Assembly (NCBI GenBank): GCA_034530875.2
Contig: JAVRCJ020000018.1
Coordinates: 1-64,000, forward strand
Length of the DNA stretch: 64,000 nucleotides
DNA from: Nostoc sp. DedSLP01
Lineage (GTDB): Bacteria > Cyanobacteriota > Cyanobacteriia > Cyanobacteriales > Nostocaceae
Direction: 5' to 3'
Made by a program: the position numbers and the translations under genes. The notes below the pieces were generated by a model, which worked only from the letters and a program-made list of their open reading frames with translations, did no database searches and had not been told where the DNA came from. The first letter of the stretch is position 1. Every line of letters begins with the position of its first letter. Below are positions 60,369 to 64,000 of the stretch, in pieces.

Positions 60369-61090
60369 TCAAACTATCTCCCAGTGAAAAACTAAATTTT
60401 ATGAGAAGGATACTCAGCAGATGTTAAAAAACTTTACATTACTTGAAACAAAAGGGAGTACTAGAAGCTTTAAAAGTCTTTTGAACGCCCATAATTCAAA
60501 TTTTTTGAGTTTTTTGCATCTTTATGCCTTTACACATTTTGATACGAGGCTGAATCCTTATTTATTAAAATTTGTTAACTTAAATGATACCTGAGAAAAA
60601 TTCCAGCTTTTTTTTAGTATGTAATTCGGAATTATGCGAAAAATTGTGGTATGTGGGTATACAAAAGTACTGAATGTAGAGCAATAACAATAAGGTATGG
60701 CGATCGCAAAGATAACTAGATCGGTGTAAATATCTATTATTATCATAAGCCACAAAGTAGGTATGCCAGAGGTAGAAATAAAAAGAGTTTCAGCATCTTT
60801 TATTTTTCTTTACATAGTTTTGTTTTTCTTTGCCGTTGTCCTTCAATACAAAAAGGTAATTAAAAGCAAAGTTTTGTTGCAGTCGTGCTGTTTTGTGATA
60901 GTAGGAATGTAAAAACAATTGTGCCGCGATGCGTCAGTACAAGGTACAAAAAGTCTTTGCGTAAAGCAGCATTATTTATTTATGGGGATTTTATGCCGGG
61001 AATTTTGGATTTTGAATTCAGCGTTCGCGTAGCGTCTCGCAGAGAAGGGATTGACACCCCCATTTTTTTAACTAAACCAAATATACCTTT

Positions 61091-61313
61091 TAAGTAGGCG
61101 GACATAATTAAATGTAAAATCCAAAGGAGCGAAACCTTTTACTATTGAGGGTTTTACCTTCTGCCTTCTGCCGACGCTCGCGGACTCGCTCTAAGCGTAC
61201 CCCTACGGGGAAGCAAGCTACGCGCAGCGTCTCGTAGAGAAGCCATGCCGTTGGCAAAGCCTCTCGTAGAGAAGGCTTTACGCTGCGCTATCTTGCCTCC
61301 TGCCTTCTACTTA
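61091..61313. repeat. Mini-element (TAAGTAG...CTACTTA ends) with nested insertion
   Basis: Nearly identical to 63812-63902 but with ~120-130 nt of extra GC-rich small repeats inserted in the CTGCCTT tract. Confidence 0.8.
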
Positions 61314-62079
61314 GAATTGGGTTTTAGTTTCAAATTCTATCCTCTTGCTTATTCGCTTTTGAAAAGCTCCAATTCTCAACTTGAATAAGATTGATTTTTT
61401 ATCTTGTCTATCAAGAATTACGCGAGAACGAAGTTTAGCGCGTGCCATCTTACTAAGTCCCCAATATTTGTTGGTTAAGGAAAAAAAAGAAAAGGAAAAG
61501 CAAAACTTTAGCCCAAAATCAGTAACCTTTTCCCAAAAGCAAATTCTAAATTTTAAACTGTTTGTCCATACACTTCGAGCCAGCAAGCAAAGAAGATTTG
61601 GTACAAAGTGGAGTGCAAGCGTGCGAAATGCTACAATCTTTACTACCAGCCACAAGTTGTTCTCGCCGTACCAAATACCTGAAATCTAAAGCAGCGTTAA
61701 CCATTTGTCTCTATGTTCTCACTTTCAGTTTTGTTAACTATGGCTTGGGATTCAAGCAATTCGCTACAAAAAAAGACGTATTTATACAGGGAAGCGAACT
61801 ACATGTAGATCTCGTAAAGAAGATAGCGTTTAATAAAAATTTTATGATTTTTTTTATTTTTCACAAAAAAAAATTACATTTGGATTACTTATATTATAAA
61901 ATTATCCTGAAATCAAAGTATTTATACTGTAAGTATATTAAAAGCCTAGTAAAATTATTGAAAATTACTATCTTAAAGATATAATTATTTTATATTAAAT
62001 ATTTATGTCATATTTTCAATGATTTAATACAAACTTCTAGTTAGAAATTACTGAAAATTTTAACAGGATTAAAATTTTT

Positions 62080-63660
62080 ATGGATAATAAATTATCAATT
62101 AAGTGGTTGACTTCGCCATCTTTATTGCGTTTATTAGCGATCGTACTGTTGGTAATAGGTGTAATTTTTCGATTTGTCAATCTTGACAAAAAAATATATT
62201 CAAGTGATGAAGTTTATTCATCATTACGCATATCTGGATACATGCAGTCAGAAATCGAGCAAGATTTGCGTAGTGGGAATTTGATAGGGGTAAAAGATTT
62301 CCTTCAATACCAATATCCTAATTCAGAAAAAAACATAACAGATGTTATAAAAGGCATAGTTATAGAAGATTCGCAGATTTTGCCCCTACACGTTTTGATA
62401 ACTCGGTTTTGGGTGCAATTGTTTGGTAATTCTATAGCAGTAACAAGAAGTTTTTCAGCTGTTGTTAGTCTTTTGACCTTTCCTTGTATTTATTGGTTAT
62501 GTAAAGAATTATTTGAATCTTCACTAATAGGATGGATAGCGATGGCCTTTGTAGCTATTTCACCCGTTCATCTTGTATACGCACAAGAAGCACGAGCATA
62601 CGGTTTATGGATAGTAGCTACTTTGATGTCGAGCGCAGCATTACTGGGAGCTATACGCGTTAAAACAAAGGTTAGTTGGTGTATTTATGCTGCAACATTA
62701 TTGTTAGGGTTTTATAGTCATATATTTTTCTGTTTTATTGCTGTTGGGCAAGGAATTTATGCACTGGCAATTGAACGCTTCAGATTGAGTAAAACCTTAA
62801 TTTCTTATTTCATTTCATCGCTGGCAGCGTTTTTGGCTTTCCTACCTTGGCTTTGGATTATTATTACCAATCCTCACCCCGAAGCAGTAACTTGGGCGAA
62901 TAATAAACAAACGTTGTTTGCTTCAGTCAGCAGGTGGGCTGGGATTATTGGTCGTGGGTTTATTGACTTAGGTATTAGTCCTACTGAATCGAGTAAAGTT
63001 CAGATTATCTTAATTCCTTTGTTTTTAATTAGTGTAATTATTATCTACTCAATTTATATTCTTTGTCGAAAAACCCCTAAACGAGTTTGGTTATTTGTTT
63101 TAACTCTCATTGGGTCTGTAAGCGTTCCTCTGGCGATCGCTGATTTTGTCTTCCAAAAACGATATGGTACTACTCGATATCTACTTCCTTCTATTTTGGG
63201 TGTAGAGTTAGCTTTTGCTTACCTATTTACTACTAAAATCACATCTATTTATCTTCAAGCCTGGCAAAAAAAGCTGTGGTCGCTCCTTGCGCTTATGATT
63301 GTTAGTATTGGAATTGTATCTTGTAGTGTCAATTCTCAAGCAAATATTTGGTGGAGTAAAGTACCCGAAAGATTTGGAAGTTATCCAAAAATTGCTAATA
63401 TTGTGCTTCAAGCTGAGAAACCGCTTTTAATTACTGATGCTAGTGTAATTCCCACTATCCAAATACTCGTTCACTTACTCGATGAAAAAGTTAAATTTCA
63501 AGTTCTCTCTCCAAATCAATTGCCACAAATTACTAGTGGTTTTAGTGATATATTCTTGTTCCATTCTTCCGACGAATTAAAAGCTGGAATTGAGAAGATT
63601 TATAACTCAAAGCTAGTAAAAATAGACGATTCACTCTGGAAAATTGAAAAATCCTCTTGA
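62080..63660 (+). CDS. Glycosyltransferase family 39 (PMT-like) integral membrane protein
   Basis: FRFVNLDKK.Y..DE, RSFSA, SP.HL.YAQEARAY; many TM helices. Confidence 0.88.
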   Translation: MDNKLSIKWLTSPSLLRLLAIVLLVIGVIFRFVNLDKKIYSSDEVYSSLRISGYMQSEIEQDLRSGNLIGVKDFLQYQYPNSEKNITDVIKGIVIEDSQILPLHVLITRFWVQLFGNSIAVTRSFSAVVSLLTFPCIYWLCKELFESSLIGWIAMAFVAISPVHLVYAQEARAYGLWIVATLMSSAALLGAIRVKTKVSWCIYAATLLLGFYSHIFFCFIAVGQGIYALAIERFRLSKTLISYFISSLAAFLAFLPWLWIIITNPHPEAVTWANNKQTLFASVSRWAGIIGRGFIDLGISPTESSKVQIILIPLFLISVIIIYSIYILCRKTPKRVWLFVLTLIGSVSVPLAIADFVFQKRYGTTRYLLPSILGVELAFAYLFTTKITSIYLQAWQKKLWSLLALMIVSIGIVSCSVNSQANIWWSKVPERFGSYPKIANIVLQAEKPLLITDASVIPTIQILVHLLDEKVKFQVLSPNQLPQITSGFSDIFLFHSSDELKAGIEKIYNSKLVKIDDSLWKIEKSS

Positions 63661-63811
63661 GTCTATAGCAGTCCTATTTGATTTCTAAACTACTCGTGGA
63701 GCGAGGGAGTAGGGAATGGCGAGTGGGGAGTAGATTTATTTGTAACTCATTTAGGATTGCTATAGTTGTATTGCTCGCGATGAAAGGTCAACCAATCGAA
63801 GAATTGGCTGA

Positions 63812-63902
63812 TAAGTAGGCGGACATAATGAAATGTAAAATCCAAAGGAGCGAAACCTTTTACTATTGAGGGTTTTACCTTCTGCCTCCTGCCTCCTACT
63901 TA
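63812..63902. repeat. Mini-element, uninterrupted 91-bp copy
   Basis: TAAGTAGGCGGACATAAT...GAAACCTTTTACTATTGAGGGTTTTACCTTCTGCC...CTACTTA. Confidence 0.8.
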
Positions 63903-63931
63903 TCAAGTCCGGCTAATTAGTTGTTTGCTAC

Positions 63932-64000
63932 TTACGACTTAACCGCAACAGGAAGCACTATAGTAAATTCTGTTCCTTTTCCGAGAACAGAATCTACTTT
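63932..64000 (-). CDS. C-terminal end of a sensor histidine kinase (gene continues beyond window)
   Basis: Translates KVDSVLGKGTEFTIVLPVAVKS*, the HATPase C-terminal motif. Confidence 0.8.
   Translation of the reverse strand, partial: KVDSVLGKGTEFTIVLPVAVKS

Noticed and set aside
60369..61000. CcaR G-box or RcaC L-box upstream of cpeC
   Set aside because: Only a weak CTTT-N7-CTTT at ~60797-60818 in T-rich DNA, and no TTGCACA-N4-TTGCACA; cannot be supported.
61311..61984. Three overlapping ORFs of 102-140 aa
   Set aside because: Non-ATG starts, mutually overlapping, K/F/I-biased AT-rich translations without motifs; probably non-coding upstream region of the GT39 gene.
1..64000. Frequent GCGATCGC octamers
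   Set aside because: HIP1 is a genome-wide cyanobacterial feature; useful for taxonomy, not a local system.

Overview
AT-rich heterocystous-cyanobacterium-like DNA (Nostoc-like: frequent HIP1 GCGATCGC, STRR and small dispersed repeats, phycoerythrin genes). Left end: two tandem NB-ARC/STAND-pentapeptide-WD40 genes facing a heme-oxygenase-like diiron enzyme gene, which is followed by an unannotated 59-aa acidic peptide ORF. Centre (~10.9-49.5 kb): an accessory metabolic island bracketed by two closely related AraC genes. Its leftward arm has three Tat-exported cholesterol-oxidase-like GMC enzymes, an SLH porin, a gluconolactonase-like lipoprotein, two SDRs and an odd protein made of two NHLP-leader domains with aromatic-rich tails. 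Its rightward arm has 2x DJ-1/PfpI, a ThDP enzyme, 3 NTF2/SnoaL proteins, VOC, an atypical MIP, glucose-dehydrogenase-like SDR, GH63, GlgX, AGE-STAS, AraC, REC-TrxR, a cNMP histidine kinase and LtrA. By eye I found a shared 27-bp motif abutting a -35 box in six places upstream of these units, suggesting both arms form one regulon. Right end: IS5 remnant, nucA/nuiA, dacB, PEP-CTERM, a cpeC-cpeD-cpeS-cpeT-cpeR operon lacking cpeE plus an atypical linker, a GT39 gene between two copies of a mini-element, and the tail of a histidine kinase. No rRNA, tRNA or CRISPR array was recognised. All family calls come from motif recognition, not database searches.
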